IMG/VR virus record: IMGVR_UViG_3300043434_000734
Coordinates: 128,001 to 192,000 of that record
Length of the DNA: 64,000 bases
Source of the DNA: a virus
Lineage: Duplodnaviria; Caudoviricetes
Reading direction: 5' to 3' (one strand)
A program made the position numbers and the translations under genes. Under the pieces are notes generated by a model, which saw nothing but the letters and a program-made list of their open reading frames with translations, was not told the origin of the DNA and searched no databases. Positions 44,529 through 53,910 of this stretch are shown here, in pieces (position 1 is the stretch's first letter; each line of letters begins with the position of its first letter).

Positions 44529-45161
44529 ATGGAACAACAGACAATTGAATTAATTGGCACGGTTTTGGTCGCAATGATCACAGCTTTACTCGGACCCGCA
44601 GCGGTGGAATACATTAAAATAAAAACATCTAAAAATGTTAAAGATGAATCGGATCCTGTTAAAAAAGAATTGGAACAATCTTGTGTAATAGTTGAGGAAA
44701 TTGAAGATATTAGACAACATTTAAATGCCGACCGAGTTTGGATAACGGTAATACATAATGGTGGACATTATTTACATTCCAATAAATCAATACAAAAATT
44801 TTCAGTGATGCACGAGGTTTCTAAACCTGGCGTTTCAAATATTGGGATGGTTTTTAAGAATATACCCATTTCGTTATTTAGTAAATCAGTACAAGAACAA
44901 ATTGAAGGTAAAACAATCTACATACCTGATGTTGATAACCCTAAAGTTTGTACTTTTGGGTTAAAATCGGCTTTTGAGTCTGTTGGGACCAAGGCCGCAG
45001 TTTCAAAAGGTTTAGTTGACATTGTAACAGACTCTTTAATTGGAACGATTGGTGCCGATTTTTTACAACCACATAAATTAACTAACGAAGAGTTAGAATA
45101 CTTTAAACTAAAGGCAGATAGAATGTCTGGTTACATATCAACGTTCATAAAAGATTTTTAA
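44529..45161 (+). CDS. Single-TM protein with GAF-like domain (T4 T-holin-like architecture)
   Basis: N-terminal TM; ADRVW..IHNGG..QKFSVMHE. Confidence 0.5.
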   Translation: MEQQTIELIGTVLVAMITALLGPAAVEYIKIKTSKNVKDESDPVKKELEQSCVIVEEIEDIRQHLNADRVWITVIHNGGHYLHSNKSIQKFSVMHEVSKPGVSNIGMVFKNIPISLFSKSVQEQIEGKTIYIPDVDNPKVCTFGLKSAFESVGTKAAVSKGLVDIVTDSLIGTIGADFLQPHKLTNEELEYFKLKADRMSGYISTFIKDF

Positions 45162-45175
45162 ACTATTTATACAAT

Positions 45176-45598
45176 ATGAAATATATATTTACGGAAAATC
45201 AGATTAAGAAAATCATTGATTCACAATTAAACGAACAAATCTCACCAAAAACGAAAGTTTCTGGAGCTATTAAAGACGCTGTAACAATACAAGGTAACAT
45301 CGATATAATAAAACGTTTAAAAACACAAAAAGTTAAATTAGTCGTTTTAGGTTTTCGTTCAGACGTTAACGATAGAAATTCTAAAACACCTACAGTCGTT
45401 GGTTCAATTGCCGGTACTCCGATTGATAAAAATGCTAAGGGTAAGCAATTTGACAATAACACTGTCATTACATTAAATAGTGGTTCGACATTAGTATTTG
45501 GTGTTGTTGGAGCTGAACCTCATCTTGCAATGGCAAATGGTGGTTTAACCGTAAAAAATGACAATGGTAAATTGACATTAGACTTTGCTTGGGACTAA
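45176..45598 (+). CDS. Putative head-packaged protein
   Basis: MKYIFTENQIKKIIDSQLNEQ. Confidence 0.6.
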   Translation: MKYIFTENQIKKIIDSQLNEQISPKTKVSGAIKDAVTIQGNIDIIKRLKTQKVKLVVLGFRSDVNDRNSKTPTVVGSIAGTPIDKNAKGKQFDNNTVITLNSGSTLVFGVVGAEPHLAMANGGLTVKNDNGKLTLDFAWD

Positions 45599-46164
45599 CA
45601 ATTTTTAGTTAAGTCATCAAAAATATTTAATATCTCATCCAAACACAAATAATCAAAACATTCGGAATAACCGGAAAAAGATTCTAAAATTGGTCTGTAT
45701 TTTTTTACAGACCTTTTTTTATTAAGTTTTTCTTTAATATCACTTTCTAATTTTTCGGCATTTGGAGTATCAATCCTTCTTAATATGGTTTCCACAATAT
45801 AACCTTCATAACCGTATGCTTTACTAAAACGCCTCATTATAAATCGTTTAGAAGTTATACCCACTTTCACAAATGTTTTATTTGTTATTTCCTCTTTAAT
45901 GAGTACCAAATAGAGAGATTTAGGTAGTTCATCAATTTTTTTCTTTTTATCTTGTGATTTCTTAACTAATTTTAACCCAACATAATCCTTCGCCTTCTCT
46001 AAAGACGGAAACTCTTTTAAATCTCTATAAGGGTTCATTATTGTTTTCTTAAACCTCCCAATGAAAATTGTTTTACCACTGTCTACAACATATTTCACCC
46101 CTCGACTTGTTCTTTTTAAATAAATTGAGTAGTACCCAATTTTCATAAGTAATTCATCTGACAT
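45595..46164 (-). CDS. GIY-YIG/T5orf172-like endonuclease
   Basis: LYLVLI..FVKVGITSK..RR..LESDI..GYSECF. Confidence 0.65.
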   Translation of the reverse strand: MSDELLMKIGYYSIYLKRTSRGVKYVVDSGKTIFIGRFKKTIMNPYRDLKEFPSLEKAKDYVGLKLVKKSQDKKKKIDELPKSLYLVLIKEEITNKTFVKVGITSKRFIMRRFSKAYGYEGYIVETILRRIDTPNAEKLESDIKEKLNKKRSVKKYRPILESFSGYSECFDYLCLDEILNIFDDLTKNC

Positions 46165-46257
46165 ATAATATTAATTAAGTTATACACAAATATTTTTCAC
46201 GATATTTGGAATATATTCATAATATACATACTTTTGTTCCATAAATAAATCGAAATT

Positions 46258-46608
46258 ATGATTGAAGAAAAAAACGAAAAGAAGTGTTCAGGGTGTAAGA
46301 CACTCAAACCGATGAGTCAATTTTACAAAAATAAGTTAGTTCTTGACGGTCATAGTAACTATTGTACCTCTTGTACGAAAGAAAATTCTAAGAGATATTT
46401 CCAACGAAAAAAAGAAAAAATCGCCAAGATTGAGAGTGATAATTTAATTAAAATGACCTTTTTGTCTAGTGACACGATTAAAGACGGGTCCACAAATGCC
46501 GACAATTTAATGAAAATCTTGATGATAGAAAGGATGATTAAATCTATTTCAGACGAATTAAATGACTTGAAAACGAACTTCATAAAGACCGAAAATATGA
46601 TATCTTAA
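46258..46608 (+). CDS. Zn-finger protein (HNH N-terminal-type CxxC..CxxC)
   Basis: KKCSGCK..QFYKNK..DG...YCTSC. Confidence 0.65.
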   Translation: MIEEKNEKKCSGCKTLKPMSQFYKNKLVLDGHSNYCTSCTKENSKRYFQRKKEKIAKIESDNLIKMTFLSSDTIKDGSTNADNLMKILMIERMIKSISDELNDLKTNFIKTENMIS

Positions 46609-46662
46609 GAAAATCCCACATTTTGGTATTTTCAAAAGGTATTTATTATATATTTATGTAGT

Positions 46663-48237
46663 ATGAGAATACAAGATTTGGTTTTTGACGTATTAGTTGA
46701 AGAAGTTAAGAATAAGAAACTTTTTAACTATCTATTAGAAAAATGGTATGGTAATAAACCAACCGACGAACAAATAAAACAGTGTGAAGAAATCATCGAG
46801 GATTTTAATAGATTAAAAGATGGTTTTTCAACTAAGAAGTCCCAAATACTCACATTTTTAACAATGTTTGATGGACTTCACGGGTCTGAAAAATTTGATG
46901 AGAATAATTTAAAAGATATTACCAAATACTCGTTCACACAAATTTTAGCTCTATTAGACGAATATGATGAAGATGGGGCAAACGAAGAATCCGAAGATAG
47001 TATTTTTGCAGGGTCAGATAAAAAAGCAACACCTGAAAGAATTCAAGCGTCAAAGGACCTTTGGAATGGTGATGAATATAAAATAATTGACGAAGGAGAT
47101 TTAAGAGTGTATGCCATACCTGACCAAAGAGTTTCAATGAATTTTGGTTATTATGAACAATATATTGCAAGAAAACAAGGTGGTGAACAGTGGTGTGTAA
47201 CTGGTAGAAATTCAAGTGATTCACGCTCAAATTTGTGGGGGTCATATAGAAATAGAAGAACTTTCTATTTTGTTATTGATGACACCAAAGATGAAAATAA
47301 CAAACACCACGTAAGTGCACTTCAAAAAACCGAAGGAGACAGCCCAACTGGTTTTAGATTAACCAATGCTAGAAATGATGGTGACCACCCACTTACTTGG
47401 GAAGATATTGTTACCATTTATCCAAAATTATCCGAACACCGAGATTTAATCGTCACCGTTAAATACGATGAAGAATCTGAATTGGAAAATAAAGATCTTG
47501 TTAACCGAATCAACGAAAGAGAGGGGGATAAACTTGAATTTAGAAGAATGTCAAGGCCCTATAAAAAGGCATACATTGAAAGAGGTTCGGTCATTAGTAA
47601 AGCGCGTTCTTGGGAATCTATAGACAGAACGTTGAGAAATTTATATATATTAACCACAACTGATAGAAACGCATTAGATAGATTTCAAACTTTTGAATTG
47701 ATGTCGGAAATCAAAAAAGTCGGTAGTGAATTTAATTTATTAAATAATAGATTAAAGCAAGTTGGTTTGAACGGAGTCTCGATAATTTATGACAATTTGA
47801 TGAAAACCGAATTTGATGTTGCTAGAACTAGTATCGACAACAGGGCAATCAAAATGTATAAAAGTAGAAGAACCCATAAAATGGGTTTATATAATGGTCA
47901 ACAAGCCTCTTGGGTAAATTCAAACGGTGTAACATTTGAACCACATTATTCTGAAAGTGACACGTCACTTTATGTTGATGACGCTGGAAATATGTACGTT
48001 GTTGAGACATTTACAACGGGAGGACAACCAGATAACACAAGTTTCTATTGTGTATACCCAATTGTTGAAACTAATGAATTAGCTAGCGGTCATTTCATAG
48101 ATGCTCAAATGTTCGAACAGTTAAAAACCAAATTACACCCAAAAGATGAAGGTCAAGAAGATGATGACGTTGTAAGAATATCGGATTTTAATCCCGAAAC
48201 GGATGTTAATATTAAAGAAATGAAAAAGGGACTATAA
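46663..48237 (+). CDS. Large hypothetical protein (putative virion protein; WCV motif)
   Basis: MRIQDLVFDVLVEE; GEQWCVTG; TATTTAT upstream. Confidence 0.6.
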   Translation: MRIQDLVFDVLVEEVKNKKLFNYLLEKWYGNKPTDEQIKQCEEIIEDFNRLKDGFSTKKSQILTFLTMFDGLHGSEKFDENNLKDITKYSFTQILALLDEYDEDGANEESEDSIFAGSDKKATPERIQASKDLWNGDEYKIIDEGDLRVYAIPDQRVSMNFGYYEQYIARKQGGEQWCVTGRNSSDSRSNLWGSYRNRRTFYFVIDDTKDENNKHHVSALQKTEGDSPTGFRLTNARNDGDHPLTWEDIVTIYPKLSEHRDLIVTVKYDEESELENKDLVNRINEREGDKLEFRRMSRPYKKAYIERGSVISKARSWESIDRTLRNLYILTTTDRNALDRFQTFELMSEIKKVGSEFNLLNNRLKQVGLNGVSIIYDNLMKTEFDVARTSIDNRAIKMYKSRRTHKMGLYNGQQASWVNSNGVTFEPHYSESDTSLYVDDAGNMYVVETFTTGGQPDNTSFYCVYPIVETNELASGHFIDAQMFEQLKTKLHPKDEGQEDDDVVRISDFNPETDVNIKEMKKGL

Positions 48238-48249
48238 GTCCCTTTTTTT
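48223..48249. terminator. Bidirectional terminator
   Basis: AAAAAGGGACT-ata-AGTCCCTTTTTTT. Confidence 0.8.
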
Positions 48250-49087
48250 ATGATAGTAATGAATAATATTCTTTAAAGTGTTTAATTCGGTCCGCTAACC
48301 CTATCGTCCCACCATTAACTCTTTTTGTAATTTTGGTAACTACTGTGTCGGTAGCACCCTCATCCGCCATTTTATGTAATCCATTTTTACTAAAAAACCA
48401 AGCTGCGGATAATAATGCGTAATCTGAAGCAACTTTATCAGGATTTGATAAAATATCTTCGTTTATTGACTTTCCGAATGCCGTGTAATTTTCTTTACCA
48501 GTTAATTGAATATAACCACGTCCACAGAATTTAGCACCTTCCCCTGACGATTCAGGACCATTACCCATTCTATTTCCGTAAACTCTGTTTGCAATTTTTA
48601 TTGGTTGTCTTTCATATGGTTTTGCGGCAGCCTCAGTTGGAAAGTACTTCTTAAATGTACCGGTTAATCCTTTAGCCGAATAATTGAGATTTTCCTTTGT
48701 TAGTCTAAAACCACCCGATTCGTGACCACATTGTGCTAAAAAATGTGCTAACCTTAACGGTGTATTAATTTGAAATTTTGCAGCAGTATCGGGAATTTGT
48801 CTTATAACAGCATCGGGAATGTGACCTTTTAATTTTTCCAATTTTAACCCACCGAGTGATGACACAGGTGCCGGTTCAGTGATTAATGACGATGATTCAG
48901 TTACAACTGAAAACATTTTATTCCACGTCCCATCACCAACGATTCCGTCAGGTGTTAACCCATTTGCGGATTGCCAAGATTTAACTGCGACATCCGTTTT
49001 AGGGCCAAATTTACCAATTGGGTCCACACCTAATTTAACTTGAAGTTTTTTAACATCTTCACCTTCTGATCCTAATTTAAGTAACAT
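48248..49087 (-). CDS. Endolysin: peptidoglycan-binding domain + GH19 catalytic domain
   Basis: LKLGSEGEDVKKLQ..GIVGDGTW; AHFLAQCGHESGG, FCGRGYIQLTGKENY, VNGGTIGLADR. Confidence 0.92.
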   Translation of the reverse strand: MLLKLGSEGEDVKKLQVKLGVDPIGKFGPKTDVAVKSWQSANGLTPDGIVGDGTWNKMFSVVTESSSLITEPAPVSSLGGLKLEKLKGHIPDAVIRQIPDTAAKFQINTPLRLAHFLAQCGHESGGFRLTKENLNYSAKGLTGTFKKYFPTEAAAKPYERQPIKIANRVYGNRMGNGPESSGEGAKFCGRGYIQLTGKENYTAFGKSINEDILSNPDKVASDYALLSAAWFFSKNGLHKMADEGATDTVVTKITKRVNGGTIGLADRIKHFKEYYSLLS

Positions 49088-49157
49088 ACTTTCTTTCTGT
49101 TTAATAGTTTATATATTAATAAATACAACTTATCTTTTTAAAGTATTTATATTAGAT

Positions 49158-50210
49158 ATGAAGAAATTAATATTAACGGAAGAACAACTTAAAAGAGTTA
49201 TTGATAATATTGTTACAGAACAAACGTTATCAAAAAACGGTGAAGAAACGACTCAAAATAAATGGAATTTATGTGGTTATAAGGTAATCGAAGAAGAAGG
49301 TCGTTATTTTGTTGAGGACAGGTCTGGAAGAGTAGAGATTCCGTTTTTAGACCAATTACAAGGCGTAATTAGAGGTAGAGGAAATAACGCAACGTTGGAG
49401 TTAGATGAATTAACCGAGAATGCCGTTAATGTTGGTAAACGTATGAAAGAAGGGGGTATGTGTGATAATAACCGTCCGATGCAATATAGAAATGCTGACG
49501 GTTGGATTTGTTGTGTTAATCGAAATAATAAATCATTAAGGAAAAACCCTCAAACCGGAAAAGACGAATTAATTGACGTTGGTCCATACCCTATTTATAC
49601 ATCATATTCATATAGGGGTCGATTGGGTATTGAAAGGTATCCCGATGAAAGTGTGTCACCCGCAAAAACGGTAAAACAAAAAGAGGGTTCTATCGTTCAA
49701 TATAGAAAAACAAGAACTGAAAATTTTGTTTTTGAGGTGTCTCCCGAAATAATACCGAATGCGGTGTTTATTGAAACACAACCAACGCCCTTACCACCGA
49801 CTAAAAACCCAACCGTTTTTCAATTAAATATTGAAAAACCTTTTGAATTCGATAAACTAACGTTAACTTCAGAAGCTGAAGAACAATTTAGTGAATTTAT
49901 TCAAAAAATGAAAAATGAATATCAGGGGGTAACGGGAAATGTTGAGGTAATATGTTCAGCATCTATCGATGCTGACCCCTCGAAAAAGGCCGATTACAAC
50001 AAAAAATTATCTGAAAATCGTGCATTAACGATAGTTAACAGATTAAAAAACGAAACGGGTATCACCACAATGAATTATATACCTAAAGGTATTGGGCAAA
50101 CGGACCAATTTGCTCCCGGATTAAAATGGCCCGAAGTCACCGATGAAAATAAAACGGCCCCCAATAGACGACTTATTATTAATTTACCGAAAATAATAAA
50201 AAAACAATAA
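49158..50210 (+). CDS. Putative virion protein with C-terminal OmpA-like peptidoglycan-binding domain
   Basis: MKKLILTEEQL; FEFDK, YNKKLSENRA, KGIG, NRR. Confidence 0.75.
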   Translation: MKKLILTEEQLKRVIDNIVTEQTLSKNGEETTQNKWNLCGYKVIEEEGRYFVEDRSGRVEIPFLDQLQGVIRGRGNNATLELDELTENAVNVGKRMKEGGMCDNNRPMQYRNADGWICCVNRNNKSLRKNPQTGKDELIDVGPYPIYTSYSYRGRLGIERYPDESVSPAKTVKQKEGSIVQYRKTRTENFVFEVSPEIIPNAVFIETQPTPLPPTKNPTVFQLNIEKPFEFDKLTLTSEAEEQFSEFIQKMKNEYQGVTGNVEVICSASIDADPSKKADYNKKLSENRALTIVNRLKNETGITTMNYIPKGIGQTDQFAPGLKWPEVTDENKTAPNRRLIINLPKIIKKQ

Positions 50211-50229
50211 CATACTATTAATTGGGTTT

Positions 50230-50640
50230 TTAATATATAACAAATAGTGTTATATCGTCGACATTTTTACCTGATGAGTGATATAACACTACTTTACGTT
50301 TATCCCCAACGATTGGACCGCTGAAATTTTGATAAACCTCTTTATTTAATTTACCTCCCGAATTGGAATAATAAACATACTGATATTTTTGTGTCGATAG
50401 GTATTTTGAATCCATATACCGAATTATATCTTTTTTCTCAACTCTATCACATTTTGATAAGTCAATTTTTGAAACTGACAATACAGAATCTAATAAGATT
50501 TTACCATTAGTTGTTAACACATTATTAAAGTTTTGTTCTGAATTGTTCCAATAATAAAGTTTCATTTTTATTGCTTCATTTTGGGAAAAACCCCAAAAAC
50601 TAATGAGTGATAGTAATATAGTGACAATTATTCTTTTCAT
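50230..50640 (-). CDS. Exported hypothetical protein
   Basis: Signal peptide. Confidence 0.6.
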   Translation of the reverse strand: MKRIIVTILLSLISFWGFSQNEAIKMKLYYWNNSEQNFNNVLTTNGKILLDSVLSVSKIDLSKCDRVEKKDIIRYMDSKYLSTQKYQYVYYSNSGGKLNKEVYQNFSGPIVGDKRKVVLYHSSGKNVDDITLFVIY

Positions 50641-50825
50641 AATGTTTTTTATTGTGATACAAATATCACAACTATTTTTATAATATCCAAATTAATCTTT
50701 ACATTTTTTTAAATTTTTAATATACTTATAAAAGACCTTGTGGTTGAAGTCGAAGTGTCCTTGAGACATTTGAGTTGGAATTGATACCAACGAATTCGGG
50801 TTCAAATACAAAAAAATATAAGGAA

Positions 50826-51626
50826 ATGAACAGAAGAATTTCAGTTACCACTGGTTCAGCCGTACCACAATCTTTCGTTACCAAAGGTAAACAAAGATTA
50901 AAACAGCACATTGACGCCGTATATCTTAATAACGGTGATGAGTTCGAAATCGAACTTTTTAATCCAACACACAATAAAGTTTTAGCCAAAATCGAGATGA
51001 ATGGTAATTCCATCGGTACGGGTATTATACTTCGTCCTGGTGAACGTGTATTCCTTGAAAGGTACCTTGATGAGGCAAAGAAGTTTTTGTTTGAAACGTA
51101 CACCGTAAATGGAAATAACGAGGAAGTTCAACAAGCCATCGCAAACAATGGAGATGTGACCGTTAAATTCTACGATGAAGTTATTTTACCCACACGTACA
51201 ATTTATAATGGAAATAATACCACATTAACCGTCAATAACCCATTTACATACACAACACATAATACTGGTACATATGTCCCAACAAGTTTTACTACAACAG
51301 GAACAAATGCGACTTATTTTTCCAATTCATCATTAACAAGTGGTACGTTTAGTACTTCAAATACTATCTTAAAAACTAGTTCGACAAGTCCAAAAAGACA
51401 GGTTGAGACGGGTAGAGTTGAAAGGGGTTCCAATTCTGACCAATCTTTTACATATGATAATTCATCATTCAGAAGTTATCCATCAGTAACAAATTGGTGG
51501 AAGATTAAACCTCAATCAACAAAACCTTTGGTAAGAGAAGATTTAGTGACTTACTGTACAGAGTGTGGTTCTAAAAAGAAAAAAGACACACATAAGTTCT
51601 GTCCACATTGTGGAACAAAATTTTAA
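50826..51626 (+). CDS. Hypothetical protein with Ig-like N-terminus, Thr-rich linker and C-terminal Zn ribbon
   Basis: YLNNGDEFEIELFN, ERVFLERY, YCTECG..FCPHCG; ATG at 50826. Confidence 0.7.
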   Translation: MNRRISVTTGSAVPQSFVTKGKQRLKQHIDAVYLNNGDEFEIELFNPTHNKVLAKIEMNGNSIGTGIILRPGERVFLERYLDEAKKFLFETYTVNGNNEEVQQAIANNGDVTVKFYDEVILPTRTIYNGNNTTLTVNNPFTYTTHNTGTYVPTSFTTTGTNATYFSNSSLTSGTFSTSNTILKTSSTSPKRQVETGRVERGSNSDQSFTYDNSSFRSYPSVTNWWKIKPQSTKPLVREDLVTYCTECGSKKKKDTHKFCPHCGTKF

Positions 51627-51649
51627 TAATAAACTAATCACAAGGTCAT

Positions 51650-51678
51650 AAAAGGGAAACAATTAGTTTCCCTTTTTT
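51650..51678. terminator. Bidirectional terminator
   Basis: AAAAGGGAAAC-aatta-GTTTCCCTTTT. Confidence 0.8.
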
Positions 51679-51889
51679 AATAATATCTTTTTTTTATTGA
51701 TTTACTGAAAAATACCGAAAAATCCCCCACCATTTTTTCTTTAACCTCGTGTATATGTTCGTAACATTTATCACATAATAAAACTTTAAATGAATATAAG
51801 TTAAAGTCGTTATCTAAAACCTTATAGATTTCTTTCTTTTCAAATGGGTTATTACATCCCCGAGAGTCACATATCTTTGTCATAAGCAT
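51677..51889 (-). CDS. Small Zn-binding hypothetical protein
   Basis: CDSRGC..CDKC. Confidence 0.5.
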   Translation of the reverse strand: MLMTKICDSRGCNNPFEKKEIYKVLDNDFNLYSFKVLLCDKCYEHIHEVKEKMVGDFSVFFSKSIKKRYY

Positions 51890-51924
51890 AAAAAAACCTC
51901 GATAGTACGAGGTTTAAAAAATTA

Positions 51925-52371
51925 TTAATTATGTTTCCCACACCAAGGACAAATTGGTAAAGACTTCTTTTTCTTGTGCGTTGTCTGAGTGTATAATTTT
52001 TTACAAGCTTTACACTTCAAGAATTTGGCGTCTTTATTTAAGTCATCGATGCTTTTAACTTGTTTATCTGTAAGTGAACCTAATCTAATTTCATCATTTT
52101 CTTCTAATCTATCCGTTACTTTAAATCTAAGTGGATTTGACAATCTTTCAGGTTTACTAAATAATCTTTTTTTTCGTGTAAATGCAAAACTCCGACTTCT
52201 TTCATCTATTTCTTCCTCTTTATTGACGTGTCCACATTTGTGACAAGTAAAAGAGTCGTCACCCCCGTCCGACAAGTCCCACCCCCAACCGCATTTTTCA
52301 CATTGAATCTTTTCAGATTTAATTGATTTTTTTAGAATGCCCAATTGACTCTCTGTCAAGATTATTTTCAT
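51925..52371 (-). CDS. Putative head protein with Zn ribbons
   Basis: MKIILTESQL; CEKC..CHKC; CKAC..CPWC. Confidence 0.6.
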   Translation of the reverse strand: MKIILTESQLGILKKSIKSEKIQCEKCGWGWDLSDGGDDSFTCHKCGHVNKEEEIDERSRSFAFTRKKRLFSKPERLSNPLRFKVTDRLEENDEIRLGSLTDKQVKSIDDLNKDAKFLKCKACKKLYTQTTHKKKKSLPICPWCGKHN

Positions 52372-52416
52372 ACGGATTTCTTGTTTATTATAAATATTTC
52401 AGTTATATTTAAAATT

Positions 52417-53910
52417 ATGAGTTGGAGAAAATTCGATACTATATACGTAAATGGTTGTTCCCATACCGCGGGTGGTGGTCTATATGACGTCGGCACCAAA
52501 GATTTATATAAAGAACTTTATAATTTGGAATGGGAGACTGAAAGAGAGATCAATTATCCACGATTATTATCTAACCACTTCAACTGTAGTTTAGTTGATG
52601 ATTCAAGATGTGGTTCGGGAGCGCCGAGATTGGTGAGGAAAACATTCGAATATATCTTTAAAGTTGGGTTAGAAAGGGCAAAAAAAACTTTATTTATTTT
52701 TCAAATCAACACACCAGTACATAGGTTGGAGTATTATTGTTCGGAAATTAATGACTATCTGATTGTTAACGTACAATATGAAAATGACGGATCATTCAAA
52801 TATGTTACCGCAGTTGACAGCCACTCACCAAATGAACAAATTAATAATCCTAAATTTTATGAGGGTAAAATAACTGAGAATATTAAAGAACAATTAAAGA
52901 ATTATCACAATCCATTTACGTACTTAGATAAAATACATAACGAAGTTGTTGGTCTTTTTTCTTATCTTGAATTACACGGAATTGAATATTTTTTTGGGTT
53001 CGACACTGGAAACATTATGAAGCCGGTTAATGAGGATAGAAGGATTAACATCGAGGGGGACCAAAGTATCATTGAATATTGTACTAGAAAAAAATTAAGA
53101 ATTTGTGAAGAAACGAACAATCGAAATATAGACGGTCATCCAGGGTATTTTGGTAATAAAGAATATTCTGAAAAATTAATTACGTTTTTGGAACAAAAAC
53201 TTAAACCAACCATTTGGGTATTTGGGGATTCATATTCATCACCGTCTAAACCACCTTACGATGAAACACATCATCTTTATTCAAATGATTTTAGGGTTAA
53301 GTATTCGAAAATTAAAGGTTATTACCCAAAACATTATCCTGAAATTTTATCTGAAAATTTAAATTGTGATTTAATTAATTTAGCTGTACCATCCACCTCT
53401 AATGATCAAATATTTCACAGTTACGTTGAAAACATCGACAAAATTAAACCTAACGATATTTTGATTTTTGGATGGACGTATGTGTCTAGGTATAATTTAG
53501 CAAATAGGGACAACGAATTAGAGAATATTAATATTAATAGAGAAGGTTTAAACACGATTGACGATTTCACAAGTAATCAATCTATTAATGAAATTTTATT
53601 AAATAGGGGGTCACATACCATATTTTATAAATGGGTCATTAACTACATAAAAAGTGTTAATAAAACATTTGAAAAAAATATAGTTTTACATTTTGATTTT
53701 TTTCCTCACGGTAACATAGATAATTACGTCCAAGAATATTTGAGTTTGCTAACTCCTCGTAAAAAAACATATCAAACAATATCGGATGATATTGGTAGAG
53801 GAACTGATATTCATTATTCAGAAGCTGGTCATCTTAATTTTGCTGACGACATTACTAAAGTCATTTTGGGTAAGTTAGAGACCGGTAAGAAAAGTCAAAA
53901 CATTATTTAA
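52417..53910 (+). CDS. Tandem two-domain SGNH-like protein, paralogue of 27852-29603
   Basis: NGCSHTAGGG..CGSGAPRLVRKT..DGHPG; FGDSYS..SN..FGWT..DIHYS..GH. Confidence 0.65.
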   Translation: MSWRKFDTIYVNGCSHTAGGGLYDVGTKDLYKELYNLEWETEREINYPRLLSNHFNCSLVDDSRCGSGAPRLVRKTFEYIFKVGLERAKKTLFIFQINTPVHRLEYYCSEINDYLIVNVQYENDGSFKYVTAVDSHSPNEQINNPKFYEGKITENIKEQLKNYHNPFTYLDKIHNEVVGLFSYLELHGIEYFFGFDTGNIMKPVNEDRRINIEGDQSIIEYCTRKKLRICEETNNRNIDGHPGYFGNKEYSEKLITFLEQKLKPTIWVFGDSYSSPSKPPYDETHHLYSNDFRVKYSKIKGYYPKHYPEILSENLNCDLINLAVPSTSNDQIFHSYVENIDKIKPNDILIFGWTYVSRYNLANRDNELENININREGLNTIDDFTSNQSINEILLNRGSHTIFYKWVINYIKSVNKTFEKNIVLHFDFFPHGNIDNYVQEYLSLLTPRKKTYQTISDDIGRGTDIHYSEAGHLNFADDITKVILGKLETGKKSQNII

